From positions 278,596 to 342,595 of the forward strand of contig JAVVEA010000002.1 of the NCBI GenBank assembly GCA_032250835.1: a stretch of DNA of 64,000 nt. The letters are read 5' to 3'. Of this stretch, positions 20,676 through 30,421 are shown piece after piece (position 1 is the first letter of the stretch; each line of letters opens with the position of its first letter). The notes below the pieces were generated by a model. The model ran no database searches and was not told where the DNA came from. It saw nothing but the letters and a program-made list of their open reading frames with translations. This DNA is from a bacterium. GTDB lineage: Bacteria; SAR324; XYD2-FULL-50-16. The position numbers and the translations under genes are program-made.

Positions 20676-20797
20676 GGTTTTGATTAAAACAAAATAATAT
20701 TATTCTAATAAAAGACCCGATAAACTGTAAACATAAAACCCCCTCCCGTTACTGAAGTTAACCAGGGAGACATTGCAGAACCCAAACTGGAAACAGC

Positions 20798-21025
20798 ATG
20801 TCCTCACAAAACAAGCCTTATGTTTTAGATGTCAACGCAGGCGACACCCTGTATCTTTGCCAATGTGGCCAGTCGAAAAATGCGCCTCACTGCGATGGCT
20901 CGCATCAGGGTTCCGGCAAAACGCCTCATGTGGCAGAGTACGCCGAGGCGCAAAAAGTCTTTGTCTGCGGCTGTGGCAAAAGCGGAAACAACCCATTTTG
21001 TGACGGGGCACACAAGTCTAAATAG
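20798..21025 (+). CDS. CDGSH iron-sulfur domain protein (two CDGSH motifs)
   Basis: CQCGQSKNAPHCDGSH and CGCGKSGNNPFCDGAH. Confidence 0.93.
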   Translation: MSSQNKPYVLDVNAGDTLYLCQCGQSKNAPHCDGSHQGSGKTPHVAEYAEAQKVFVCGCGKSGNNPFCDGAHKSK

Positions 21026-21092
21026 CCCGGTAATTGCCGGGTCCCGCCTGCTTGTGTGGGACCGGCATCCAACAAATTCCCAAGGAGCCTTC

Positions 21093-21785
21093 ATGATCCG
21101 ACCGATCCGCTTTAAAGACCTCTTCCTGAGCGACTTGGGTTGGCTCCGGAGCCGCTTCCACTTCTCTTTTGCCGAATACCGCAACCCCAATAACCTAAAC
21201 TTCGGGGTCCTGCGGGTCATGAACGATGACCTAGTGGACCCGCACCAAGGCTTTGGACGTCACCCGCACCGGGATATGGAAATCGTGACCTACGTGATCC
21301 AAGGCGGCTTGACCCACCAAGACAGCATGGGCCACAGGGAAACACTGGGCCCTGGCGATATGCAATATATGTCTGCCGGGACCGGGGTAACCCATTCGGA
21401 GATGAACGAAGGCGACCAAGAAAGCCGCTTCTTGCAGATGTGGGTGCTGCCGGGCCAAAAGGGGGTTGCGCCCAAATATGGCTCCAAACGCTTTGAGCCA
21501 GAAGAACGCCACAACCGCTGGCTGCAGTTGATCGGCCCCGGCGAGGGCCAAGTAGCGCTCGCCCAAGACGCCAACTTTTACGTCACCGAACTAGACGCCG
21601 GTCAAGCCTTGGACTTTCAACTAGGTGAAAACCGGCAGGTATACCTTAAACTAATCGAAGGCCAAGCAGACCTCAACGGAGTCGAAATAGGCCACGGCGA
21701 CGCCGCCGAGGTGCTGGACGAAGACCTGCACCTTAAGACGCAGCCAGGGGCCCATATCCTGCTGGTAGAAATGGCAAAGTTTTAA
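21093..21785 (+). CDS. Pirin-family protein (YhhW-like)
   Basis: GWLRSRFHFSFAEY, HPHRDMEI, MSAGTGVTHSE, LQMW; AAGGAG RBS before ATG 21093. Confidence 0.92.
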   Translation: MIRPIRFKDLFLSDLGWLRSRFHFSFAEYRNPNNLNFGVLRVMNDDLVDPHQGFGRHPHRDMEIVTYVIQGGLTHQDSMGHRETLGPGDMQYMSAGTGVTHSEMNEGDQESRFLQMWVLPGQKGVAPKYGSKRFEPEERHNRWLQLIGPGEGQVALAQDANFYVTELDAGQALDFQLGENRQVYLKLIEGQADLNGVEIGHGDAAEVLDEDLHLKTQPGAHILLVEMAKF

Positions 21786-21963
21786 TCAGCCAATGTCCGG
21801 CCTGGTTTTACGTTTCCTTGGCTCGCAATAGGGGGCGGCTAAAAAGGGTGCCCAAGCAGTGGTTCCAAAGATGTCGCGTCTTTGGGGGCAGGTTCACGGT
21901 GAGAGTCCAAATGAACCACCGCCCTCCAAATTTGAAACCGAGATATTAGCCGAACCAGACCGC

Positions 21964-22920
21964 TTAGAAACGCTTAAAGGAACTGAGCAGTTCGCTGTTG
22001 GTGGGGTATTTTTTGAGTAGCTCGATCAGCTTTTCCATGGCTGCCACCTCGTTCATGCCCGACAAATCACGGCGCAGCAGCTCAAGACGCTGGTATTCTT
22101 CTTCTTCAAACAATAGCTCAGCGCGGCGCGTGGCGCTCTGCAATAGGTCGATGGCCGGAAAGACACGGGTCTGGGCGATGTTTTTTGAAAGCACCAACTC
22201 CATATTACCGGTACCTTTAAACTCTTCCATGATCACGTTATCCATAGCGCTGCCGGTATCTACCAAGATGGTCGCCACGATGGTGATTGAGCCCTTGCCT
22301 TCTACATTCCGCGCCGCCCCGAAGATCCGGCGGGGGATTTCTAAGGCCCCGGCCCCTACGCCGCCGGACATGGTCCGGCCTCCGCTTCGGTGTTGGGTGT
22401 TGTGCACGCGGGCTAGGCGGGTGAGCGAATCGAGCAGGATCATTACGTCATGCCCGGCGGCGGCGTCTTTAAAGGCCGCAGCGATCACCTGATCGGCCAC
22501 CTTGATGTGGTTGTCGTGGGCTTGGTCCATCGAGGAGGAATAGACCTTGGCGCTGACGCTACGGGTAAAGTCGGTCACCTCTTCGGGGCGCTCGTCGATC
22601 AGCAGGCAAGAGACCTTGATTTCCGGATATCCGTTGGTTACGGCGTTGCAGATGTTTTTTAAGAACGTTGTCTTGCCCGAACCCGGCGAAGAAACGATCA
22701 GCGCGCGTTGCCCCATCCCAATGGGGCACATCAGGTCCATGGCGCGGACCGACAAATCTTGGTTGCCCTTCTCTAAAATGATGCGCGGGTAGGGGTTGAT
22801 GGCGGTGGCCGCAATAAATTGCTTCTCATCTGCCGAAACCGTTCTGCGGGCGGGCTCATTGGAGCGCTGTGGTTGGGGGCGCGCCTGCCGACGGCGGAAA
22901 TTGGTACCCGATGAACTCAT
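21964..22920 (-). CDS. Short Rho-like ATPase (Rho C-terminal domain, no N-terminal RNA-binding domain)
   Basis: PIGMGQRALIVS.PGSGKTT, LLIDERPEEVTD, LDSLTRLAR, EEFKGTGNMEL; only 318 aa. Confidence 0.88.
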   Translation of the reverse strand: MSSSGTNFRRRQARPQPQRSNEPARRTVSADEKQFIAATAINPYPRIILEKGNQDLSVRAMDLMCPIGMGQRALIVSSPGSGKTTFLKNICNAVTNGYPEIKVSCLLIDERPEEVTDFTRSVSAKVYSSSMDQAHDNHIKVADQVIAAAFKDAAAGHDVMILLDSLTRLARVHNTQHRSGGRTMSGGVGAGALEIPRRIFGAARNVEGKGSITIVATILVDTGSAMDNVIMEEFKGTGNMELVLSKNIAQTRVFPAIDLLQSATRRAELLFEEEEYQRLELLRRDLSGMNEVAAMEKLIELLKKYPTNSELLSSFKRF

Positions 22921-23343
22921 GTATCTATGCCTTAGATTGATTTTGAGGGTGGGAATTATAAGTAGGTTTGGGTTGCTGGTACTCCCAAATCACCCTTGTG
23001 ACTCGCCTATGGGTGTTACTTTCAACTAACTGGGCTCGTTGAGGGAAGACTTAAATGAATAATATTTGTTAATTCAGCTAATTGTATAAATGCCGTGGGT
23101 CTGATTGTCTGGTTCTGGTTGGGTCGGTGGCATTAAGCGCGGTTTTTGTCGGCTGGGGCTTAAGGTAGGCACGGCTGGCTGGCCTTACAGGTTACTTTTT
23201 TGTCCTAGCTCTTTTCCCCCTAACCCTTGTCGTAAAGTGCAGTTGCCCTGGGTGCGGGGACTAATTTAATTCCCAAATCCACCCGTCTGCGGTACTCTGA
23301 ACTCCCCGTTGGGTTTTTTAAAGCTCTTTGTCGTTGATTGATT

Positions 23344-24327
23344 ATGAACCGTGGTTGGAACTTTTTGGGATTGTGGCTGTTTGGCTTGATGCTGTGGGGG
23401 GCCGCGTCGGTTCCGGTGGCTTTGGCCGAGACGAAGGAGCCAAAGCGTTTGGCCTATTTGGTTTCGGATCTTCGCATTCCCTTTTGGTCGATTATGGCCA
23501 AAGGCGTACGGCAAAAAGGCCTTGAGCTGGGCTATCAGGTCAGCCTTTACAGTGCCGACAACAGCCGGCGCAAAGAATTGGAAAACTTGGCCCAGGCCTT
23601 TAAAGAGTCGGTAGATGGCCTGATCGTTTCCCCGACCAACTCCTCGGCCTGCGCGACTATTTTGACCTTGGCGCAGCGCGAGGGGATTCCGGTGGTGATC
23701 GCGGACATCGGAACCGACAAGGGGGAATACCTGTCTTATATTTCGTCGGACAACCAAGGCGGGGCCTACGCCATCGGCAAGGCGCTGGCCGCAGAACTGC
23801 TTGATCGGGGCTGGGGTAAAGGTGAAGTAGGGGTCATCGCCATCCCCCAAAAACGGGCGAACGGACAAGCCCGCACCGTCGGTTTTTTAAAAGCCATGGA
23901 AGAGAGCCAGATAACCACCGTGGGCATCTCCCAGCAGGTGGACTTTTCTTATGAGGAAACTTACCGGTTTTCCAAAGAGTTGATCCAAACCCACCCTGAT
24001 CTACGAGCCCTATGGCTCCAAGGCTCCAATCGTTACCAAGCGGCTTTGGATGCGATACGAGATGCCGGTAAGCAGGAGGAAATCCTCCTGGTCACCTTCG
24101 ATGCAGAACCCGAATTTTTGGACCTGATCCGTAAGGGGGTGCTGGTTGGTGCCGCCATGCAACAGCCCTTCCATATGGGCGAAGAGGCCGTCCGGGTTTT
24201 AGATACCCATTTCTCGGGCAAGCCGGTCCAACGACATTTGCAGCTGCCGATCTTGGCGGTATTTCAAGACAACCTAGACCAACTGACGCCGCTAGTGCGT
24301 CGCAACACCCTGGGCCTTGTACCTTAA
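23344..24327 (+). CDS. Periplasmic sugar-binding protein (RbsB/LacI-type fold)
   Basis: Signal peptide; PFWSIMAKGV, DGLIVSP, IPVVIAD, SDNQGGA, QQPFHMG. Confidence 0.88.
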   Translation: MNRGWNFLGLWLFGLMLWGAASVPVALAETKEPKRLAYLVSDLRIPFWSIMAKGVRQKGLELGYQVSLYSADNSRRKELENLAQAFKESVDGLIVSPTNSSACATILTLAQREGIPVVIADIGTDKGEYLSYISSDNQGGAYAIGKALAAELLDRGWGKGEVGVIAIPQKRANGQARTVGFLKAMEESQITTVGISQQVDFSYEETYRFSKELIQTHPDLRALWLQGSNRYQAALDAIRDAGKQEEILLVTFDAEPEFLDLIRKGVLVGAAMQQPFHMGEEAVRVLDTHFSGKPVQRHLQLPILAVFQDNLDQLTPLVRRNTLGLVP

Positions 24328-24339
24328 TTCTTGCCGTTT

Positions 24340-26658
24340 ATGAATCTGACCGACAAGCCACGCTTATCAATTTACGTTATTTTAGCCGCTGTGATTGTGG
24401 TCACCGTTTCGGTGTTGATGGCCGCTTTTGGTTGGTTCAGTTTCCGCGCTAGCGAGGGACAACTACTCGAACACCACAAAAAACAAGGGAACCTTAGTCT
24501 GCGGATGTTGGAGGGGAACTTGCCCCAGTTGATCGCCTCTTACGCAGTCAATGACTATTTGCTGCTGCTCAAAGCCGAAGCCGAGGCACGAGGTTATCTG
24601 GGCTTGGTGCTCGAAGACTACCAGATGGAAAAAATCTTCGGTCCCGAAGCGGCGAAAAACGGATTTGTGCACAGGCAAGGTAATGAATTGGAAGCCTATA
24701 CACCCAAGTCAACAGAACAGGCAGGACTGCTGAAAAACGCCTTTTTTCAGCAAGAATTGACTATTTATACTGGAGCCGGGCATCCCTTGGGGCGGTTGAC
24801 GATCTACCATTCCGACCGCGAACTTCAATTGGAAAAAACGGGCGTCATTAAGCGAGTGTTGCTTGAAATCCTGGCGGAAAGTGTCTTTTTAATCCTAACA
24901 TTGTTCTTGTCGATCCGGTACTTGCTGTTTCGGCACGTTTTTCAGATCATTTATGGCATCAATAACACCGACGAGGACGGGCTGCCAAAGCACCAGTTAA
25001 CCCTTCGGGGGCCGCAGGAGGTGTACCTTCTGGCTCAATCGATCAACGGCATGACTCAGGCGGCCCGGAGGTATCAAAAAGAGGTGATCAATACCCAGGA
25101 ATCCCTTCGCCAAGAAAAGGAACGCTTCCAGTTGGCCATCGATGGAACCTTGGACGGTCTTTGGGACTGGGACTTGGTGACGGGCCGAGTCTTCCACTCG
25201 CCCCGCTTCGAAAGGATGTTAGGTTATGAAATCGGCGAATTGCCCGATACCATCGCTTGCTGGCGTGAACTGCTCCATCCCGAAGACCGGGAACAGGCTG
25301 AAGCCAAGGTGCAGGACTATTTGGCGGCCCCAAAAGAATCTCCTTATGAACATGTCTTCCGCATGCGCCGTAAATCGGGCGGATGGAGCTGGATCAATGG
25401 GCGGGGCAAGGCGGTCTTCGACGCCGCCGGAAAGCCGCTACGCTTCGTTGGCTTCAACACCGACGTGACCAACCACTACCGGCTGATTGAAGAACACCAA
25501 CAAGCCCGTTTAGCGGCCGAACAAGCCAGCGAAGCAAAGAGCCGGTTCTTAAGCATGATGAGCCACGAGCTCCGCACCCCAATGAACGGCGTTCTGGGAA
25601 TGGCTCAACTACTTCAAATGAGCGATTTAGACGAAGACCAAAAAATGAGTGTGGAGGTGATCTTGTCTTCAGGCAGTTCACTGGTCAAGATTCTATCGAG
25701 CATCTTGGATTTTGCTAAGCTTGAGGCCAACAAACAGACGGCGATCTTAGCGCCCTTCTCGATTCGGCAAGTGATCGACGAGGTGGTGTCCCTCTTTATG
25801 GGGGAGGCCCGCTACCGCAGACTAACGCTTGATTATAGGGTGGACCCGGAGATTGCGGACTGGTTGGTTGGGGACGAAGAATTATTGAAGCGGGCGATGA
25901 TCAACTTGGTCGGCAACGCCGTCAAATATACCGAAGAAGGGGGCGTGCAGGTTAGCGTTTCTTTGCTCGGGGAGCATGGGCTTACGCAGGGCCTGAAAAT
26001 ATCGGTGGTGGACACCGGCATCGGGATTGCGCCACAAAAACGAGAACTAGTTTTTGAGCCCTTCCAACAAGTGGATTCTTCGTCTCAGCGCAAATATGGG
26101 GGAACCGGCCTCGGCTTGGCTTTGACCAAAGAAATTATCGAGTTGTTGCAAGGTAAAATCTACCTGGAAGACAAAGCCGAGCGAGGTTCGTGTTTTTCTG
26201 TGGAATTATGGCTAGAGAGGCCCACAGGTGAAATCCCTGTCTCAGAGCCCATTTCGCCCCTAAAGGCGAGGGTGCTTCACTCGCAAAAGAAGCTACTGGT
26301 CGCTGAAGACGACCCGGTGAACCAAGCCGTGATCCAGCGGCTTTTGTCGCAGATGAATCTTCAGTTCGACCTAGCCTTCAATGGAGAAGAAGCGGTGCGC
26401 AAATCGGAACGGACGCAATACGCCCTGATTTTGATGGACTTGATCATGCCCGAGCTCAACGGCTTCGATGCCTGTAAACAGATCAAACAATCCGAATTAA
26501 GCCAAAACCGCGACACTCCGGTTATCGCCCTAACCGCCCTAACCAGCGAAACAGACCGCGAGCGCTGCCAACAGGTCGGAATCCAAAAAGTCCTGACCAA
26601 GCCATTGAACTTTAATGAGTTGCAGGATGTTTTGTCGGGCTATTTAGTTGAGGGTTGA
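24340..26658 (+). CDS. Membrane PAS hybrid histidine kinase
   Basis: Two TM helices, PAS_3 (DGLWDWD...LHPEDR), SHELRTPMNG, GTGLGL, receiver LILMD. Confidence 0.92.
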   Translation: MNLTDKPRLSIYVILAAVIVVTVSVLMAAFGWFSFRASEGQLLEHHKKQGNLSLRMLEGNLPQLIASYAVNDYLLLLKAEAEARGYLGLVLEDYQMEKIFGPEAAKNGFVHRQGNELEAYTPKSTEQAGLLKNAFFQQELTIYTGAGHPLGRLTIYHSDRELQLEKTGVIKRVLLEILAESVFLILTLFLSIRYLLFRHVFQIIYGINNTDEDGLPKHQLTLRGPQEVYLLAQSINGMTQAARRYQKEVINTQESLRQEKERFQLAIDGTLDGLWDWDLVTGRVFHSPRFERMLGYEIGELPDTIACWRELLHPEDREQAEAKVQDYLAAPKESPYEHVFRMRRKSGGWSWINGRGKAVFDAAGKPLRFVGFNTDVTNHYRLIEEHQQARLAAEQASEAKSRFLSMMSHELRTPMNGVLGMAQLLQMSDLDEDQKMSVEVILSSGSSLVKILSSILDFAKLEANKQTAILAPFSIRQVIDEVVSLFMGEARYRRLTLDYRVDPEIADWLVGDEELLKRAMINLVGNAVKYTEEGGVQVSVSLLGEHGLTQGLKISVVDTGIGIAPQKRELVFEPFQQVDSSSQRKYGGTGLGLALTKEIIELLQGKIYLEDKAERGSCFSVELWLERPTGEIPVSEPISPLKARVLHSQKKLLVAEDDPVNQAVIQRLLSQMNLQFDLAFNGEEAVRKSERTQYALILMDLIMPELNGFDACKQIKQSELSQNRDTPVIALTALTSETDRERCQQVGIQKVLTKPLNFNELQDVLSGYLVEG

Positions 26659-26781
26659 CGTTGGATTGTTTGGTTTTACGCTACCCCAACGAAGCGGACC
26701 GGCCTTTAAGTTGTTGAATGGAGTAGGTTTAGCCGACTGCTAAGAAAAGTGGATTTGACGAATTTTCACGAATCCGCCAGC

Positions 26782-26832
26782 TACCCTCGCTTCGCTATGG
26801 GTATTTTCTTTAGGGAAGTTGGCTTCGCCAAC
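26782..26832. repeat. Partial copy of the REP-like hairpin repeat
   Basis: CCCTCGCTTCGCTA...TAGGGAAGTTGGCTTCGCCAAC matches the units at 14.5 kb and 28.6 kb. Confidence 0.7.
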
Positions 26833-26956
26833 ACTCAGAGGCCAGAGGCAGTCCACCTAGTTTCATAGGCTAACTGCTGGACTCTGAATGGCGGAGGCGC
26901 TTCACCCGGTCGGGTGCAGAGAAGGGTATCGGGTCGTCTCTTTGGTCGGTGGATTT

Positions 26957-27928
26957 CTAGAAATTATACCCTACAGCTACTTCGGTCAGGTTTCCCTGCC
27001 GCTCGGTGGTACCGGCAGTTTCGGTGTAGCTGGTTTGGTAGCCGCTGATAATCCATCCATTGCTGGGAACCCAGCCTAGGCCAACACGGCTGGTCTTGAG
27101 CTCTCCAGAAGAGAGGTTATATTCGGACCATTCGAGCCGGCTCGTGGTCTCGGTGCGAGCGCTCAGGAGGAGGTTGGTCATTTTGATTTCGGCGGTCAAC
27201 TGGGTGAGGACCGATTCTTGATGGACGTTGTTGTAATAGGTCCCTTCGGCGGCGGCGCGAAGGCTGCGTTGGTTGGCGTACTCAAGGCGCAGCAGCGTCT
27301 CGTCGGGCTTACCCGCCATCAGGGCGAATCCGTAGCTGGTCACGTTCCAGTCCACGGCGGGGCGGTAGGACTCGGGCTGGCTGACCTGCTCAACTCCGAA
27401 CCCGGCGAAAAAGACGCGGCCCAATTGATAGGTCGCTGAAAGTCCCAGGCCGGTTTCCTTCTGGTCGTCGTAACTGCTGCGCTGGGTCGAAGAGGAGCGG
27501 TAAGAGCCACCCAAGGAAAGTTGCTTGAGTAGATAGGCGAAGCTGAACTGCGAGGTCGAACCGACGGTTTCGTAGGTACTAGAGACCCCCAAGGCGTCGA
27601 TATTGGTGTATTTGATCTTCTCGCTACCTGTGGATTGTGCTTCGATATTGACGTTCTCTGCCTGGGCCACCAAAAGACCCCGGTTGGCGCTGATCTCGCG
27701 TTTCGAGGAGTCGTCAGACTCGGCCCAACTCCCTTGGAGGGTACCGGCGGCGACCGTAGCCGTGCGGTTGTCATCCTGTTCGTTCTCGCCCTTCAGATAG
27801 CGCCAGGATCCGGCGGCGGGCAGGACCAGCGGTTCACTCGGGTCTAGCGAAGGGGTGACCATCTGAGCGAATGCCCCCGGAGCGAAGACAGCCAGGGCCA
27901 GCAGTAGTAAAGCGATAGGTCGGGTCAT
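26957..27928 (-). CDS. Putative outer-membrane beta-barrel protein
   Basis: Signal peptide, amphipathic beta pattern, C-terminal VAVGYNF. Confidence 0.65.
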   Translation of the reverse strand: MTRPIALLLLALAVFAPGAFAQMVTPSLDPSEPLVLPAAGSWRYLKGENEQDDNRTATVAAGTLQGSWAESDDSSKREISANRGLLVAQAENVNIEAQSTGSEKIKYTNIDALGVSSTYETVGSTSQFSFAYLLKQLSLGGSYRSSSTQRSSYDDQKETGLGLSATYQLGRVFFAGFGVEQVSQPESYRPAVDWNVTSYGFALMAGKPDETLLRLEYANQRSLRAAAEGTYYNNVHQESVLTQLTAEIKMTNLLLSARTETTSRLEWSEYNLSSGELKTSRVGLGWVPSNGWIISGYQTSYTETAGTTERQGNLTEVAVGYNF

Positions 27929-28527
27929 GGTTCAGTTCTTCTGTTCGGGTTCTATTGACAGACGGTCATTTTTGATAAGATGCAAATTTGGTGCAAGTAT
28001 CCCTATATAAAGTGGCAATGGGCCTTCTTAAAGGGGCTATCATTCTGGCATTGATGGGCGGCGCGCTCAAAAAACCTAAGGACCGGTGGTAGGGCTCCGA
28101 CCCGGTTTGTTTTTAAGTTTTAATCCCTTCACTGGTGATTTTTAGAAATAGGGTCCCCGAGTCCAACTCAGTTTCGCTTTCAAGGTAGGGTGTTGGGTCC
28201 CCTCCTGTTTAACGCCGTTGCCTAAAGTTAAAGGGTATTGCCACCGATTGGCGACCTATCGGGAGGCTATTCCTGAATTTATTGCTGTTTTACTATCTTT
28301 TCTAACTTAAAAAAAGAGAATCCAGAAGACTGCCTAGAGCGAACCAATCCGCTAGCTACCCAAGCTTGGGCGCAACCTATAAAAGCTCAAAGGAAATCCA
28401 TTTTCGAACTAGTATCGTCTGGTGGATAACCGGCGACTTGGGCAGGTGATACGCCCAGGCTGGAAGAAAAGCTAAAGGGGGCTGGATATTTGGTTGGGCC
28501 TGCGGTTTAGGCTGGGCACCGCTCAAA

Positions 28528-28755
28528 GGCTCGCGTCGCTACGCCCACAGCCCTCGCTTCGCTACTTGAATTTTCTGTGGGGATGTTGGCTTCGCCAACG
28601 CTTATGGTCTGACGACCCTCGCCGGCTCGCGTCGCTACGCACGCAGCCCTCGCTTCGCTACTTGAATTTTCTGTGGGGATGTTGGCTTCGCCAACGCTTA
28701 TGGTCTGACGACCCTCGCCGGCTCGCGTCGCTACGCACGCAGCCCTCGCTTCGCT
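28528..28755. repeat. Tandem repeat, 96-bp period (~2.4 copies), REP-like hairpin family
   Basis: GGCTCGCGTCGCTACGC recurs at 28528, 28624 and 28720. Confidence 0.92.
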
Positions 28756-28770
28756 CGGTGCTGCTTAGCG

Positions 28771-28860
28771 TGGCGGAGAGACGGGGATTCGAACCCCGGG
28801 ACCCGTTTCCAGGTCACTTGATTAGCAATCAAGCCCATTCGGCCACTCTGGCATCTCTCC
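28771..28860 (-). tRNA. tRNA-Ser(GCT)
   Basis: GGAGAGA acceptor, CTTGA-TTGCTAA-TCAAG anticodon arm, long variable arm, GTTCGAATC, ends GCCA. Confidence 0.95.
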
Positions 28861-28875
28861 TAACCGCACTTTTCG

Positions 28876-28963
28876 TGGAAGAGGGAGTGGGATTCGAACC
28901 CACGGAGCTATTACACTCGACGGTTTTCAAGACCGTTGCCTTCAACCGCTCGGCCATCCCTCC
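28876..28963 (-). tRNA. tRNA-Ser(TGA)
   Basis: GGAGGGA acceptor, ACGGT-CTTGAAA-ACCGT anticodon arm, long variable arm, GTTCGAATC, ends TCCA. Confidence 0.95.
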
Positions 28964-28991
28964 TTAACACGAATCATGATCTATAGCGACC

Positions 28992-30260
28992 TTAGCGAAT
29001 TTCTGTCAAGCCATTCATGTAGGGGCGCAGCACTTCGGGTATCACCACGCTCCCATCGGCCTGCTGGTAGTTCTCTAAGACAGCCACCAACGTCCGCCCC
29101 ACCGCTAGGCCCGACCCGTTGAGGGTGTGCAACAATTGGGGCTTGCCGCCGGATTGGGGTTTGAAGCGGATTTGGGCGCGGCGCGCTTGGAAGTCGGTGC
29201 AGTTCGAACAGCTCGATATCTCCCGGTAGCGGTCCTCAGAGGGAATCCAAACCTCGATGTCGTAACACTTAGCCGCCGAAAAGCCGATGTCCGCCGAACA
29301 AAGCGAAATCACCCGGTAAGGCAGTTCCAATAGCTGCAACACCTTCTCGGCATTGGCGACCAGCTTTTCTAGTTCCTCAAAACTATGGTCCGGGTGGGCA
29401 AACTTGACCAACTCCACCTTGTTAAACTGGTGCTGGCGGATATAGCCCTTGGTGTCTTTGCCGTAAGAGCCCGCCTCGCTGCGGAAACAGGGAGTGAAGG
29501 CGGCGAAGTAGAGCGGCAGTTGCTCTTCGGGCACAATCTCGTCACGGTAAATGTTGGTTACTGGCGCTTCGGCGGTGGGGATCAGGTAAAGTCCGTCGGT
29601 GGTTTTAAAGAGGTCTTCTTCAAATTTGGGCAGCTGGCCGGTGCCGGTCATGGTCTCCGCATTGGCCAACAGCGGGGGGTAGACCTCGGTGTAGCCGTGT
29701 TGCTCGCTGTGTAGGTCGATCATGAAATTCCCCAAGGCGCGCTCCAAACGGGCCCCGGCTCCTTTGAGCAACGTAAAGCGGCTTTGGGCGAGCTTGACGC
29801 CGCGCGGAGCGTCTAAGATACCCAGGGCGTCGGCCACATCGGCATGGTGCTTAGGGGCAAACTCAAAGGCGCGGGGCTGGCCCCAACGGCGCACTTCGGG
29901 GTTGTCCTCTTCGCTGGTTCCGGTGGGGGTGCTTTCGTGCAAGAGGTTGGGGAGCAGCAGCGCCCCTTCGAACAGGGCGGCTTCGACCTCTTTAAACTGC
30001 TGGTCCAGTTCTTTGATTTGGTCGCCCAATTCGCGGGTTTTTGCGATCAAGGCTTGCTTGGCTTCGGGCTCCAATTTTCCCTTGCCGACTAGCTGGCTAT
30101 TTTCGTTGCGCTGGTTTTTGAGCTCGTCGATCTGGGCGATCAGCGCGCGGCGTTTTTCGTCTAAGGCCTGTAAAGGCTTTATGTCAAAATCGTTGCCCCG
30201 GCGCTGGAGGGAGTCAGCCAGGGTTTCGGGCGCATCGCGCAGCACTTTGAGGTCGATCAT
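28992..30260 (-). CDS. serS: Serine--tRNA ligase
   Basis: [58 protein letters not shown]. Confidence 0.98.
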   Translation of the reverse strand: MIDLKVLRDAPETLADSLQRRGNDFDIKPLQALDEKRRALIAQIDELKNQRNENSQLVGKGKLEPEAKQALIAKTRELGDQIKELDQQFKEVEAALFEGALLLPNLLHESTPTGTSEEDNPEVRRWGQPRAFEFAPKHHADVADALGILDAPRGVKLAQSRFTLLKGAGARLERALGNFMIDLHSEQHGYTEVYPPLLANAETMTGTGQLPKFEEDLFKTTDGLYLIPTAEAPVTNIYRDEIVPEEQLPLYFAAFTPCFRSEAGSYGKDTKGYIRQHQFNKVELVKFAHPDHSFEELEKLVANAEKVLQLLELPYRVISLCSADIGFSAAKCYDIEVWIPSEDRYREISSCSNCTDFQARRAQIRFKPQSGGKPQLLHTLNGSGLAVGRTLVAVLENYQQADGSVVIPEVLRPYMNGLTEIR

Positions 30261-30421
30261 GGACTGTCTTTTGGTTTTGTATCAATATAGGCCACCAAGG
30301 GCCCGTCAAGCCTGTTTGACCCTAGCCTAACCAGCAGACTGGAATCTGCCAACTCAAAAGCTAGACCCCCGTTTACAGCGCCGGTCCGGGGGTGCTATCG
30401 GTAAGTAAATTAAGGAGCCCT

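Noticed and set aside
20829-21092. N-terminal extension of the pirin ORF, or a CDGSH-pirin fusion
   Set aside because: Overlaps the CDGSH gene out of frame; pirin has its own AAGGAG RBS and ATG at 21093.
27981-27997. Sigma-54-like promoter upstream of the beta-barrel gene (TTGCAC-N5-TTGCA on the minus strand)
   Set aside because: Lacks the invariant GG of the -24 element.
28528-28755. Possible CRISPR array (also 14505-14749)
   Set aside because: The sequence between repeat cores is itself repeated, so there are no unique spacers; only 2-3 units; no cas genes in the window.
28876-28963. Possible selenocysteine or suppressor tRNA
   Set aside because: The anticodon is TGA, which reads UCA (Ser); tRNA-Sec needs TCA and an extended acceptor stem.
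28494-28967. 157-aa ORF with internal peptide repeats
   Set aside because: It is the translation of the 96-bp DNA repeat and the antisense of two tRNA genes.
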